A stretch of DNA of 54,892 nt from a candidate division CPR3 bacterium GWF2_35_18 (lineage in GTDB: Bacteria > Patescibacteriota > CPR3 > GWF2-35-18): assembly GCA_001771135.1 (NCBI GenBank), contig MESW01000008.1:153630-208521 (forward strand), given 5' to 3'. The position numbers and the translations under genes are program-made. Shown here in pieces: positions 43,502 through 53,516 of the stretch; within the stretch, counting starts at the first letter, position 1, and the number at the start of each line of letters is the position of its first letter. Under the pieces are notes generated by a model. The model was not told where the DNA came from, ran no database searches, and saw only the letters and a list, made by a program, of their open reading frames with translations.

Positions 43502-46065
43502 TTTGATTGTCCGCAGTTTTTGCAAACCAAGCAACCTTCTTGGTAAATTAGGCTGTCTTTGGCTTTACAGTAAAAACACACTTCACCATTTACTGCTTTT
43601 GTTCCATCAGGAATAAATTTTTTAAAAGCTCTCTGCACACCATTTTTCCAAGTATTAATTGAAGTAGAATTTAGATTTAAATCCGAAACTAAGCTAAGAA
43701 CGTGTGGCAGAGGCATTCCATGGCGGAGAACTCCAGAAATCAATTTAGCATAGTTCCAAAATTCTTTATTAAATGATCGAGACAGACCTTCAGTAATTGT
43801 TTTGTATCCATCTTTATCAACAAATTCAAAGTCATAACGTGATTTTCCATCACCGTTTATATTTCTAATAACCCATCCCTTCTCAATCGAGGGTGGAATG
43901 AAGAACTCATCTGCTTTTCCGGTGAAGATCTCATAAGGTTTACCTTTTAAAGTTCCGACAACAGCAATCCATTTATCATAATCGTTTTGAAATCGAACCA
44001 CTTCTGCCTCAAGAGCTTTTGGTCGTGAAGGAGCCTCATTCTCAACGATTTCTTCACCATTACTTTTTTGTTTTTGAGTTGTTTCTTTAGAAATGAGAAC
44101 TCCGGCACGAGAGCCTTCACGATAGATTGTGACTCCTTTACAGCCACTTTTCCAAGCAGTTTGATAGATTTTGTCTACAAGATCTTCTGTAGTTTCTTTT
44201 GGAATATTCACGGTAACGCTAATAGAATGATCTACCCATTTTTGTATTTTTCCTTGCATATCAACTTTGGCTACCCAGTCAACATCGTTTGCGGTCGCTT
44301 TATAATAAGGAGATTTTTTGATTATTTCATTTAATTCTTTTTCAGGAAGTAGCGAGATTTTTTTGGGATCATAATTATTTAGTTTTAACCATATTACAAA
44401 CTTTGGATGAAAGACATTGTATTCTTCCCAGGAATCCCCTACTTCATCAACAAAAGCGATCTTCACGTTTTTATCGTTTGGATTTATTTTTCGACGGCGT
44501 TTATAGGAAACCATAAAAACCGGTTCGATGCCAGATGTTGTCTGAGTGCAGATGCTGACACTTCCTGTTGGAGCAATAGTCAGAAGCGCGATGTTTCTTC
44601 TTCCATATTTTTTCATCTGTTTAATTATTGAGGGATCTATTTTTTCTAGTCTTTTAATAAAAGGATTATCCTTTTCACGTTTAAAATCAAAAATTGGAAA
44701 GGGTTTTCGTTCACGAGCAAGTAATATTGAAGAGCGGTATGTTTCGATTGCAAGAGTCTGATGTATCTTTACTGAAAACTTTGTCGCCTCCTCAGTTCCA
44801 TAACGATATCCTAATGCGGCAAGCATATCACCTTCGGCTGTAACACCGATACCGGTTCGACGTCCGGCAATACTTTTATTTTTGATATTAGTCCAGAGGT
44901 TTCTCTCTACGGATTTGATTTCTTCAGGTTCAGGATCGGAGTTTACTTTATCCAAAATAACATCTATCTTTTCAAGCTCAAGGTCAATAATGTCATCCAT
45001 CATCCTTTGTGTATAACTTACATGTTTTTTAAAAAGGTCAAAATCAAATGAAGCATTTTTGGTGAAAGGATTTTTAACGTAACTATATAGATTTAAAGCG
45101 ATAAGTCGGCAGCTGTCATATGGACATAGAGGAATCTCTCCACAAGGATTTGTTGACGTGGTTTTAAATCCTAAATCAGCATATGAATCTGGAACAGATT
45201 CTTTGATAATGGTGTCCCAAAAAAGAATTCCTGGTTCGGCCGATTGCCAAGCGTTGTGAATTATTTTCTTCCACAACTTCCCGGCGTCAATTACATTTTT
45301 ATAGGTTGGATTTTTGGAACCAATAGGAAATGTTTGTACAAAAGGTTTATTTTTGATTACCGCATCCATAAATTCATCAGTAATACGAACAGAAACGTTT
45401 GCTCCTGTTACTTTTCCGGGAGTCATTTTGGCGTCGATAAAGTTTTCCACATCAGGATGTTCAATAGAAACTGATAACATTAAAGCCCCTCGTCTACCAT
45501 CTTGAGCAACCTCACGAGTGGAATTGGAATATCTTTCCATAAACGGAACGATTCCAGTTGCGGTCAAAGCACAGTTTTTTACGGGACTACCTTTGGGTCG
45601 AATGTGAGAAAGATCATGTCCGACTCCACCACGTCTTTTCATAAGCTGAACTTGTTCCTCGTCGACTTTCATGATTCCACCATAAGAGTCTGCTTTTTGT
45701 TGTAAACCTAAAACAAAACAGTTTGAGAGTGAAGCAACTTGAAAATTATTTCCAATACCAGCCATAGGACTACCTTGAGGAATGATATATTGGAAATTTT
45801 TTATTAAATCATAAATCTTATTTTCAGAAAGAGGTTTTGGATATTTCTTTTCGATTCGGGCCAGTTCTTTGGCAAGCCGATGATGCATGTCATCCGGAGT
45901 AAGCTCAAAAAGCTCTCCCTGACTATTTTTGAGGCTGTATTTATTTATCCAAACATTTGCAGCAAGAGCATCTCCTTGAAAATATTCCGTAGTCTTTTTT
46001 AAAGCTTCCTGGTGAGCGTAAGATTGATTTGAAACATTTTTGGCTTTAGAGAGAGTTTGCGACAT
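43492..46065 (-). CDS. nrdJ: Adenosylcobalamin-dependent (class II) ribonucleotide reductase
   Basis: 857 aa. Active-site region TNPCGEIPL and RRTGIGVTA. C-terminal Cys-rich tail CFYC...CLVCKNCGQSKCG. Overall layout typical of NrdJ. Confidence 0.9.
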   Translation of the reverse strand: MSQTLSKAKNVSNQSYAHQEALKKTTEYFQGDALAANVWINKYSLKNSQGELFELTPDDMHHRLAKELARIEKKYPKPLSENKIYDLIKNFQYIIPQGSPMAGIGNNFQVASLSNCFVLGLQQKADSYGGIMKVDEEQVQLMKRRGGVGHDLSHIRPKGSPVKNCALTATGIVPFMERYSNSTREVAQDGRRGALMLSVSIEHPDVENFIDAKMTPGKVTGANVSVRITDEFMDAVIKNKPFVQTFPIGSKNPTYKNVIDAGKLWKKIIHNAWQSAEPGILFWDTIIKESVPDSYADLGFKTTSTNPCGEIPLCPYDSCRLIALNLYSYVKNPFTKNASFDFDLFKKHVSYTQRMMDDIIDLELEKIDVILDKVNSDPEPEEIKSVERNLWTNIKNKSIAGRRTGIGVTAEGDMLAALGYRYGTEEATKFSVKIHQTLAIETYRSSILLARERKPFPIFDFKREKDNPFIKRLEKIDPSIIKQMKKYGRRNIALLTIAPTGSVSICTQTTSGIEPVFMVSYKRRRKINPNDKNVKIAFVDEVGDSWEEYNVFHPKFVIWLKLNNYDPKKISLLPEKELNEIIKKSPYYKATANDVDWVAKVDMQGKIQKWVDHSISVTVNIPKETTEDLVDKIYQTAWKSGCKGVTIYREGSRAGVLISKETTQKQKSNGEEIVENEAPSRPKALEAEVVRFQNDYDKWIAVVGTLKGKPYEIFTGKADEFFIPPSIEKGWVIRNINGDGKSRYDFEFVDKDGYKTITEGLSRSFNKEFWNYAKLISGVLRHGMPLPHVLSLVSDLNLNSTSINTWKNGVQRAFKKFIPDGTKAVNGEVCFYCKAKDSLIYQEGCLVCKNCGQSKCG

Positions 46066-46219
46066 ATGGATTTATGAATTTAAACTAATACAATAAATAG
46101 TATGTATGACTATACAAACATACCAGTAGTTGTATGTCAATAGTATTTTTATTTTTGTTGATCCAGTCATTTATTCTACTCTGAAATTAGTCTTGACAAT
46201 TTACCTAAAACATAATATA

Positions 46220-46238
46220 CCTATACCTAAGGTATAGG
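46220..46238. promoter_or_regulatory. CsoR operator candidate CCTATACC-TAA-GGTATAGG
   Basis: Perfect 8-bp inverted repeat directly abutting the annotated csoR ATG. The real start may therefore be the Met9 codon at 46263. Confidence 0.55.
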
Positions 46239-46547
46239 ATGACTAATATTAAGTATTTTTATATGCTAAAAGAATTTCCAGAAGAGAAAAAACAGATTTT
46301 AATTACACTAAAAAAAGCAAGTTCTCACATTTCTAAAATTGAAGAGATGGTTAATGAGGACAAATATTGTATTGAGATTATTCAGCAGATGAAAGCAGTG
46401 CATGGGTTGATACACTCGGCGATGGATAAGACTTTAGAACTCCACTTGACCTCTTGTTTTAAAGAAGGGATGAAGTCTGGAACTGAAATAAGAAGAAAAA
46501 GGCTGATTGGTGAAGTGATTCAGGTGACTAAAATTAATAATCAGTAA
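46239..46547 (+). CDS. csoR: Copper-sensing repressor CsoR
   Basis: DUF156 helical protein with the full Cu(I) ligand set at family spacing: Cys44, His69 and Cys73. Confidence 0.85.
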   Translation: MTNIKYFYMLKEFPEEKKQILITLKKASSHISKIEEMVNEDKYCIEIIQQMKAVHGLIHSAMDKTLELHLTSCFKEGMKSGTEIRRKRLIGEVIQVTKINNQ

Positions 46548-46664
46548 GGGATAAATTAACATGGTGGTGATTCAGGTTATATCTACTACATTTTTGCAAT
46601 TTCATTGAAGTTAGATATATAATAAGGGGTCATTAATTTATTTTTTATAGTATAAGGAGAAAAA

Positions 46665-47423
46665 ATGTCAGACAAATTCGTTAAATTCGAGATCCAATCA
46701 ATCTTTACCCCTCTAGCTATAATTATTGCTGGAGCAATTATTGCGGGTGGAGTCTATTTTGGTTTGAAATCAGGAGACCTAAAGGTCGGAAACAACGACA
46801 ATTCAGAGGTTGCTGGAACACAGAATGCCAATACCAACACCAACACCAACACCAACACAACTACTGTAACTACAACTATCGGTGATGATCCTTTAATAGG
46901 AGATAAAAGTAAGGCAAAGGTTGCGATTGTCGAATTCTCAGACTTTGATTGTCCTTATTGTAAGAAATTTTATACTGATACTTTTGAACAGATTAAAACC
47001 AACTTTATCGATACTGGAAAAGCCGTTTTTGTTTATCGCGATTTACCACTTCCTTCCTTACACCCTCATGCCGAGAAAAAAGCTGAAGCAGGTTCTTGTA
47101 TTTATAGTATCTCTGGAACAGAAGCCTTTTATAAATATTTTAAAGCCGTTGAAGAAGGTTCTATTACTGATGATGCCGGGCTTACTTCTTTGGCCTCGAC
47201 ATTAGGAGTTGATTCTGACAAGTTTGCAGACTGTTTTACCAACAGTAAAATGTCCAGTGAGGTTCAAACTGATGCTGCAGATGCCAAAAAAGCGGGTATT
47301 ACAGGAACGCCTGGTTTTGTAATTGGAACATTAGATTCAAACGGTAATGTTACCGGAACGAAGATTTCTGGAGCTTATCCATATACCACTTTTGAAACTA
47401 CGATTAATAGCTATTTGAAATAG
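46665..47423 (+). CDS. DsbA-family thiol:disulfide oxidoreductase, membrane anchored
   Basis: TM anchor, an NT-repeat linker, thioredoxin-fold active site FDCPYCKKF, and a C-terminal GTPGFVIG (cis-Pro loop). Confidence 0.8.
   Translation: MSDKFVKFEIQSIFTPLAIIIAGAIIAGGVYFGLKSGDLKVGNNDNSEVAGTQNANTNTNTNTNTTTVTTTIGDDPLIGDKSKAKVAIVEFSDFDCPYCKKFYTDTFEQIKTNFIDTGKAVFVYRDLPLPSLHPHAEKKAEAGSCIYSISGTEAFYKYFKAVEEGSITDDAGLTSLASTLGVDSDKFADCFTNSKMSSEVQTDAADAKKAGITGTPGFVIGTLDSNGNVTGTKISGAYPYTTFETTINSYLK
46833..46858 (+). repeat. Hexanucleotide microsatellite (ACCAAC)x4 encoding (Asn-Thr)n in the DsbA-like linker
   Basis: Read directly: ACCAACACCAACACCAACACCAAC AC, translated as NTNTNTNTNT. Confidence 0.9.
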
Positions 47424-47465
47424 TTATAGTTTCAAGTTTTTAAATAAATCATAATTAAAAAAAGC

Positions 47466-47505
47466 TGGCAGGGTTGTTGTAATTAACAATCCTGCCAATT
47501 TCATA
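47466..47505 (+). terminator. Terminator-like hairpin after the DsbA-like gene
   Basis: TGGCAGGGTTGTT-GTAATT-AACAATCCTGCCA followed by ATTTCAT, a weak T-tract. Confidence 0.45.
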
Positions 47506-47530
47506 ATGTTTATTTTTTATCACAAAGGAG

Positions 47531-49090
47531 ATGAAAATGAATTTTGAAAAAAAAGATATTAGCGAAACAACATATTATGTTCAAGGGATGCATTGTGCTT
47601 CTTGTGAGGTTCTCATCGAAAAGAAAATGTTAAAACAAAAAGGGGTAAAAACTGTAGAAGCCTCTACCAAAAAAGGAGAACTTCGAGTTGAATTTGCCGG
47701 TAAAAAGTTGAGAACTAATGAGCTTAATCAGATTTTCAAAGGTGATCACTATTCATTTTCTACAGAACCAATTATCGGTGAAGAATCCAAGCTTTTTAAA
47801 TATGATTCGGATGGAAAACTCCTTATTAACCAAGATAAATTGTCGAATCTACTTTATATTTTAGGAATTTCACTTCTTTTAATTATTGGATATATCTTAC
47901 TTAGTAATTCTGGCTTATCATCTCTTATTACCGTAAATTCAACTTCTTCTTTACCAGCTTTTTTTATTTTTGGACTTTTAGCTGGAGTTTCAAGTTGTGC
48001 CGCTTTGGTGGGAGGAATTGTGCTTTCAATGAGTAAACAATGGTCGGAGATTTATGGAAGTAATGATTCCTTTGGTAATCGGATTCAACCTAACATTTTG
48101 TTTAATATCGGAAGATTGTTATCCTTTTTAATTCTAGGAGGAGTTTTAGGAAGTATTGGAAAACTATTCAATCTTTCTTTAGCTTTTACTTCAATTCTTA
48201 CAATTGCTGTTTCGGTCATGATGTTAGCGTTGGCTTTACAAATGTTGGGAGTCAAAGCTTTTCAAAAGTTTCAGGTTACTACGCCAAAGTTTATCTCTAG
48301 ATATGTTGCAAATGAAGATAATTTTAAAGGTAGATACATGCCTTTTATGATGGGAGCATTAACCTTCTTCCTTCCCTGTGGATTTACAATTACGGCTCAG
48401 GGATTAGCACTGACTTCTGGGAACATTATGACTGGAGCTTTGATTATGTTTTTCTTCGCTTTAGGAACATTACCCATGCTTGCTTTAATTGGAATCTCCG
48501 CCACAGAATTTACGAAAAGACCTCATCTTTCAGCAAAATTTCTGAAAATTGCCGGAGTTCTTGTTTTCTTTTTTGCGCTATACAACATCAACGCACAGCT
48601 TAATGTTTTAGGTCTGTCGAGCTTTAGCGATTTAAGCACAAATGTTTCCAAAAAACAGGATACCCAAATCTCTGATAATTCTGATTTACCGGAAATAGTT
48701 GATGGTAAACAGGTTCTCAAAATTGTAGCCACATCTTCGGGTTACACTCCAAACTATCTAAAAGTTCGAGCTGGTATTCCGGTGCGTTGGGAGATTGAAG
48801 ATAAAGGGACCAGTGGTTGTACCAATGCGATTATTTCAAATTCTTTGTTTGAAGGACAGATTGCGTTGACTCCAGGTGAAACAAGTGTGAAAGAATTTAC
48901 ACCGGAAAAACCGGGTAAATATAAATTCAGCTGTTGGATGGGAATGGTGAGTGGGGTTATTGAAGTAATTAGCAGTGAAGGATCATCGAATGCCATCACA
49001 ATAAATAGTGATTCAAACGAAGTCGTTCCTTCCGGGGCAAAGGGTTGTGGATGTGGTGGAGGTGGTAGCTGTGGTGGAACTCAAAATTAA
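47531..49090 (+). CDS. Tri-domain membrane protein: HMA metal-binding domain, DsbD_2/TauE-UreH-like TM domain and a cupredoxin-like domain with a Cys/Gly tail
   Basis: N-terminal MHCASCEVLIEKK (MxCxxC). Six-TM core with Cys in TM1 (VSSCAAL) and a FFLPCGF motif. C-terminal TSGCTNAI...KFSCWMGM (cupredoxin-like). It ends in CGCGGGGSCGG. Confidence 0.7.
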   Translation: MKMNFEKKDISETTYYVQGMHCASCEVLIEKKMLKQKGVKTVEASTKKGELRVEFAGKKLRTNELNQIFKGDHYSFSTEPIIGEESKLFKYDSDGKLLINQDKLSNLLYILGISLLLIIGYILLSNSGLSSLITVNSTSSLPAFFIFGLLAGVSSCAALVGGIVLSMSKQWSEIYGSNDSFGNRIQPNILFNIGRLLSFLILGGVLGSIGKLFNLSLAFTSILTIAVSVMMLALALQMLGVKAFQKFQVTTPKFISRYVANEDNFKGRYMPFMMGALTFFLPCGFTITAQGLALTSGNIMTGALIMFFFALGTLPMLALIGISATEFTKRPHLSAKFLKIAGVLVFFFALYNINAQLNVLGLSSFSDLSTNVSKKQDTQISDNSDLPEIVDGKQVLKIVATSSGYTPNYLKVRAGIPVRWEIEDKGTSGCTNAIISNSLFEGQIALTPGETSVKEFTPEKPGKYKFSCWMGMVSGVIEVISSEGSSNAITINSDSNEVVPSGAKGCGCGGGGSCGGTQN

Positions 49091-49102
49091 AAGGAGTTAG
49101 TT

Positions 49103-49324
49103 ATGAAAGAATTAAAAGTAAAAAATATGCATTGTGAATCTTGTGCGAAAATAATTCAGATGGAATTAGAGGAGAGCGGTTATATCAATAAAATAATTTC
49201 TGTAGAGTTAACCAATCCTCAAAATAATATAGGAGTAGTAAAGTTTAAAGACTTAGATCAAAATGAAATTGAAAAAGCAAAGGCAGTTATTCAAAAGGCT
49301 GGAGAATATGTCGTTCTTAACTAA
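49103..49324 (+). CDS. copZ: Copper chaperone CopZ (HMA domain)
   Basis: 73 aa with the MHCESCAKII metal-binding loop. SD AAGGAG upstream. Confidence 0.8.
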   Translation: MKELKVKNMHCESCAKIIQMELEESGYINKIISVELTNPQNNIGVVKFKDLDQNEIEKAKAVIQKAGEYVVLN

Positions 49325-49793
49325 CTTTTTCAAAAACAGAAAAAATCGTAATTGGTTAATTTTTGCCTTCGCTACATTCGCAGCGTTGGGTTCTGGATAT
49401 CTCTGGTATGGTTTTAATACTAACTCCAGTTTAGTTTGCTCTTTAGATGGATGTAACAATGTTTTAAGCAGTCCCTATTCAAAATTCTTGGGTTTTCCTG
49501 TTGCTGGTTTAGGATTTTTTTATTATTTCATTCTTGTTTTAATCATTGAACTACGTTTTTTTACTATCCACAAATCTATGGAAATTCTATTTACAATGAC
49601 TATATTCACCGGAATTATGGTAGTTCTATATTTACGGTATTTAGAGTTTTTTGTGATCGGAAGCATTTGTGAACAGTGTTGGCTTTTTTCCTTTGTTCCG
49701 ACGGTTCTTATCACTTTTATATCATTATTGGAGTTGAAGATACCTAAATTATCATTACTGCAAAGTTTTATTGAGAAGGGAAAAGTTTTATGA
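49308..49793 (+). CDS. Vitamin K epoxide reductase (VKOR) family protein, a DsbB analogue
   Basis: Loop cysteines CSLDGC followed by [16 protein letters not shown], and a TM4 CxxC (ICEQC). The start is placed at Met16 of the ORF-track entry, overlapping copZ by 17 nt. The stop overlaps the copA start (ATGA). Confidence 0.75.
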   Translation: MSFLTNFFKNRKNRNWLIFAFATFAALGSGYLWYGFNTNSSLVCSLDGCNNVLSSPYSKFLGFPVAGLGFFYYFILVLIIELRFFTIHKSMEILFTMTIFTGIMVVLYLRYLEFFVIGSICEQCWLFSFVPTVLITFISLLELKIPKLSLLQSFIEKGKVL

Positions 49794-52198
49794 AAAAGGA
49801 AATTTATCCGATTATCGGAATGCATTGTGCCTCATGTAAAGCGCTAATCGAAAAAATGGTAAAAAAATTACCAGGAATTCATGAAGTCAATGTAAACTTC
49901 GGGACAGAAAAAATGACGATCGAATATGATGAAAATAAAGTTAATCTAAATGAGATTGTTAGGGCTGTAGCTTCAGCAGGAACGTATCAACTCATTACAA
50001 ATAGTATGAGTCAAACAGTATTAGTTTCTCCTGGAAAGGTACAAGAAATGCAGGACAATCCAGAAATGGAGATGTCTGATCATGGTGGTCATCATGATCA
50101 CGCAGCGATGTTGAAAGCAGCCGAATATAAAAAGCTGAAAAATACAGTTACCTGGGTGGGTTTTGGAGCAGTTATATTTTTCGTTATGATGTTGTGGATG
50201 ATTTTATCCCAAAACCTTACCATTCTACCTATGCCGAAAGAGATTTTTGGAGAGCTGATTTTAAATACCAGTCGTGGAGAAATTATTTCAATATCTTTTT
50301 GGTTTCTAATTCAGTTCTTACTAGCAACCCCGATTTTATTTATTGGGGGTAAACAAATATTTTTGTCAGCATGGCAAGCATCGAAGGTTAGAGCAGCAAA
50401 TATGGATACTCTGATTGCTATGGGTACCTTTACGGCTTGGGGTTTTTCAACAGTCGTTACCTTTTATCCTCAGATATTTTCTTCAGTGACGGGTGAAGCA
50501 GAGGTTTTTTATGAGGCCGCGGTTTTTATCATCTTTTTCATCATTTTGGGTAGACTTTTAGAAGCAAAAGCTAAGGGTCAAGCTAATGACGCTATTAACA
50601 AATTACTTCATTTACAGGTTAAAGAAGCGATTGTGATTCGAAATGGTGAAGAAATAAAATTACCGATTGATCAGGTTGTGGTCGGAGATATTTTGGTGGT
50701 TAAACCGGGACAGAAGATTCCTGTTGACGGTATCATTACTGAGGGAGATTCTACTCTTGATGAATCAATGGTTACCGGAGAATCTTTACCGGTAGAAAAA
50801 AATCCAGGAGATTTTGTTATCGGATCAACTATTAATAAATTTGGGAGTATTAAATTCCAAGCTCAAAAAGTAGGAGCTGAAACAATGCTTTCACAGATTA
50901 TAAAGATGGTGGAAGAAGCTCAGGGGTCGCAAGCGCCGATCCAAAAACTCGCCGATAAAATTTCTGGAGTATTTGTTCCAGTCGTTGTTACCATAGCTGT
51001 TTTTACTTTTAGTTTCTGGATTATTTTGGGACAATCTTTGGGTTTAATTCCTACTGAAGTTAATAATATTCAATTTTCAACATTTGTAGCAACTACTGTA
51101 TTAATCATCGCTTGTCCTTGCGCTTTAGGTCTAGCTACTCCTACAGCAGTTATGGTTGGAACAGGAAGAGCCGCTTTGCGTGGAATTTTGATAAAAAATG
51201 CTGAGAGCTTAGAGATTGCACATAAAATTAATACAATTGTTTTTGATAAAACGGGAACGTTGACAGCTGGAAAACCGCAGGTGGTTGATTTTATTACAGA
51301 CAAGGAGATAAAAGATCAAAAACAGATTTTGAGTTTGGCTGTTTCTTTGGAGGCAAAATCGGAACATCCTCTTTCGGAAGCGATTGTAGTTTATGGTCAA
51401 ACTTTAGAAGCCCAAAAAAAGGAAGTTCAAAAATTCAAAGCACTAGAAGGAAAAGGTGTTGAAGGAGTGATTGATCATAAAAAAATCTATATTGGAAATA
51501 CAAAATTGATGGAGGAACAAAAGATTACTTCTAATATTGCACTAAGGGAAAAAGCCGATGAACTCATAAATAGCGGAAGTACGGTAGTATATATGGCTAT
51601 AGATAGAAAAGAAATTGCAATTTTTTCCATCGCGGATACGATAAAGGAAGATGCAAAGAAAACAATTGCTGTCTTACATGAATTAGGGATTCAAGTGGTT
51701 ATGCTTACCGGTGATCATCAGAAAACTGCCGCAACAATCGCAAAAAGTTTAAACATTGATCACGTTATTGCTGAAGTCTTACCAACCGAAAAAGCCTCTC
51801 AAATAAAAAACTTACAAACAAAACTTCCTAAAGGAAGTAAAATTGCGATGATTGGAGATGGTATTAACGATGCTCCGGCATTAGCGCAAGCAGATATTGG
51901 TATTGCTATGGGAACAGGTACTGATGTAGCGATTGAATCAGGTGATATTGTACTTGTAAAAGGTACGCTTGATAAAGTAATTGAAACCATTAAGCTCTCA
52001 AAAGCGACCATGGTAATTATTAAACAAAACCTAATTTGGGCCTTTGCCTACAATGTTTTGGGAATTCCTCTTGCAGCGGGTCTTTTGTATCCATTGTTAA
52101 ACATTTTACTCTCCCCTATTATAGCTAGTGTAGCAATGGCTTTTTCCAGCGTCAGTGTTGTTAGCAATAGTTTGCGTTTAAAAAAAGTTAAGATATAA
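49790..52198 (+). CDS. copA: Copper-translocating P1B-type ATPase
   Basis: N-terminal HMA ([12 protein letters not shown]), a His-rich insert, TGES, CPC in TM6, DKTGTLT, HP (SEHPL) and GDGINDAP. Confidence 0.95.
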   Translation: MKKEIYPIIGMHCASCKALIEKMVKKLPGIHEVNVNFGTEKMTIEYDENKVNLNEIVRAVASAGTYQLITNSMSQTVLVSPGKVQEMQDNPEMEMSDHGGHHDHAAMLKAAEYKKLKNTVTWVGFGAVIFFVMMLWMILSQNLTILPMPKEIFGELILNTSRGEIISISFWFLIQFLLATPILFIGGKQIFLSAWQASKVRAANMDTLIAMGTFTAWGFSTVVTFYPQIFSSVTGEAEVFYEAAVFIIFFIILGRLLEAKAKGQANDAINKLLHLQVKEAIVIRNGEEIKLPIDQVVVGDILVVKPGQKIPVDGIITEGDSTLDESMVTGESLPVEKNPGDFVIGSTINKFGSIKFQAQKVGAETMLSQIIKMVEEAQGSQAPIQKLADKISGVFVPVVVTIAVFTFSFWIILGQSLGLIPTEVNNIQFSTFVATTVLIIACPCALGLATPTAVMVGTGRAALRGILIKNAESLEIAHKINTIVFDKTGTLTAGKPQVVDFITDKEIKDQKQILSLAVSLEAKSEHPLSEAIVVYGQTLEAQKKEVQKFKALEGKGVEGVIDHKKIYIGNTKLMEEQKITSNIALREKADELINSGSTVVYMAIDRKEIAIFSIADTIKEDAKKTIAVLHELGIQVVMLTGDHQKTAATIAKSLNIDHVIAEVLPTEKASQIKNLQTKLPKGSKIAMIGDGINDAPALAQADIGIAMGTGTDVAIESGDIVLVKGTLDKVIETIKLSKATMVIIKQNLIWAFAYNVLGIPLAAGLLYPLLNILLSPIIASVAMAFSSVSVVSNSLRLKKVKI

Positions 52199-52291
52199 TT
52201 CCTTTATCACTTATATTAAAACTATTTGTGTAAACAAGTGGTTGAAGATCAGTGAGCTTCATAAACTTACTAGTAATGTAGGGAGGTTATC

Positions 52292-53032
52292 TTGACATTA
52301 ATTTATATCTTAATCGCAAACTTTATTATAAGTGCGGGTTCTTTAGTCGGACTGATTTTTTTAGTTTGGAGAGAAGAAACAATTTCAAAATGGTTACTTT
52401 CACTGGTAGCTCTTTCCGCCGGGACTATGATTGGAGGAGCCTTCCTCCACTTACTTCCAGAAGCTGCGAGTTTCTTCCCTAATCTCGAATCAGTGTTTTA
52501 TATCCTAATTATTTCCTTTGGTGTATTTTTTCTGATTGAAAAATTTCTGCATTGGCGACATTGTCATCGAGGTAATTGTGATATTCACACTTTTGGGACT
52601 ATGAATCTGATTGGAGACGGAATTCATAATTTTATTGATGGACTGATTATTGCTGCGACTTTTTTAGTAAGTGTCAAATTAGGTTTTATTACCAGTATTG
52701 CAATTGCTTTGCATGAAATTCCTCAAGAAATTGGAGATTTTGGAGTACTTCTTCATTCGGGGTACAATAAAAAGAAAGCCTTATGGGCAAACTTTTTTAC
52801 GGCTTTAACTGCTGTTTTGGGTGGAATAATTGGGTATTTCATTTCTTCTTATGCAACAAATTTCATTTCCTATCTACTCCCTTTTGCGGCAGGAGGATTC
52901 ATCTATATCGCGATGTCTGATTTGATGCCAGAGATACGTAAAGAGACAAGCTTAAAAAAATCGTTATTATCATTTAGCTTCTTTGTCCTGGGTGTTGTTA
53001 TTATGTATGTGGCGAAATTTTTGGGAGAGTAA
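52292..53032 (+). CDS. ZIP family metal transporter (ZupT-like)
   Basis: TTG start preceded by GGGAGG. Motifs HNFIDG and HEIPQEIGDF. Confidence 0.85.
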   Translation: MTLIYILIANFIISAGSLVGLIFLVWREETISKWLLSLVALSAGTMIGGAFLHLLPEAASFFPNLESVFYILIISFGVFFLIEKFLHWRHCHRGNCDIHTFGTMNLIGDGIHNFIDGLIIAATFLVSVKLGFITSIAIALHEIPQEIGDFGVLLHSGYNKKKALWANFFTALTAVLGGIIGYFISSYATNFISYLLPFAAGGFIYIAMSDLMPEIRKETSLKKSLLSFSFFVLGVVIMYVAKFLGE

Positions 53033-53516
53033 TTTTATAGTTATTCACAATATGGTTAACTATAATTCCGCAGGTAGTAGCGACATTTAGAGAAGGATGG
53101 ATACCTTTTTTGGGAATTTCAACTATCGTATTTGCTTTTTCTAATAAACTTTTATCAACTCCATTTCTCTCATGTCCAAAAACAATAATACTTTTGCTTT
53201 GAGGTTTCCATGTTTGTAAAGGAATACTTTCTTTATCCTGTTCAATACAAACAATCTCTAATTTATTATTTTTAGCGAATTTAATTAATGCATTTGTGTT
53301 TGGAATCATTGTTATTTCCAGGTCGTTTTCAGAGCCTAGGGCAGTTTTGTGTAATTTTTGATTAAGAATAAGTTTTTTATCGTAATAGCTTGTGGTTGTA
53401 CCGGAAATACCGATTAAAATTACATTTTTTATACAATAAAAACTACAGGTACGAAGAATCGCACCGACATTATACAAACTACGGATATTCTCTAATGCAA
53501 TATATAGATTTTTCAT
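53001..53516 (-). CDS. SpoU/TrmH-family RNA 2-prime-O-methyltransferase
   Basis: Motifs NVGAILRT, IVFGHERNGV and IPKKG...SLNVATTCGI (SPOUT knot). 171 aa. Confidence 0.8.
   Translation of the reverse strand: MKNLYIALENIRSLYNVGAILRTCSFYCIKNVILIGISGTTTSYYDKKLILNQKLHKTALGSENDLEITMIPNTNALIKFAKNNKLEIVCIEQDKESIPLQTWKPQSKSIIVFGHERNGVDKSLLEKANTIVEIPKKGIHPSLNVATTCGIIVNHIVNNYKITLPKISPHT

Noticed and set aside
43947-45705. Multiple 60-90-aa ORFs inside or antisense to nrdJ.
   Set aside because: They are nested in a well-supported 857-aa class II RNR ORF. They have no RBS and low-complexity translations.
46090-46145. A possible NrdR box upstream of nrdJ (ACATAC-N8-GTATGT).
   Set aside because: It has only 6-bp arms, it does not match the NrdR-box consensus as I recall it, and no nrdR gene is in the window. 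The evidence is too weak to call.
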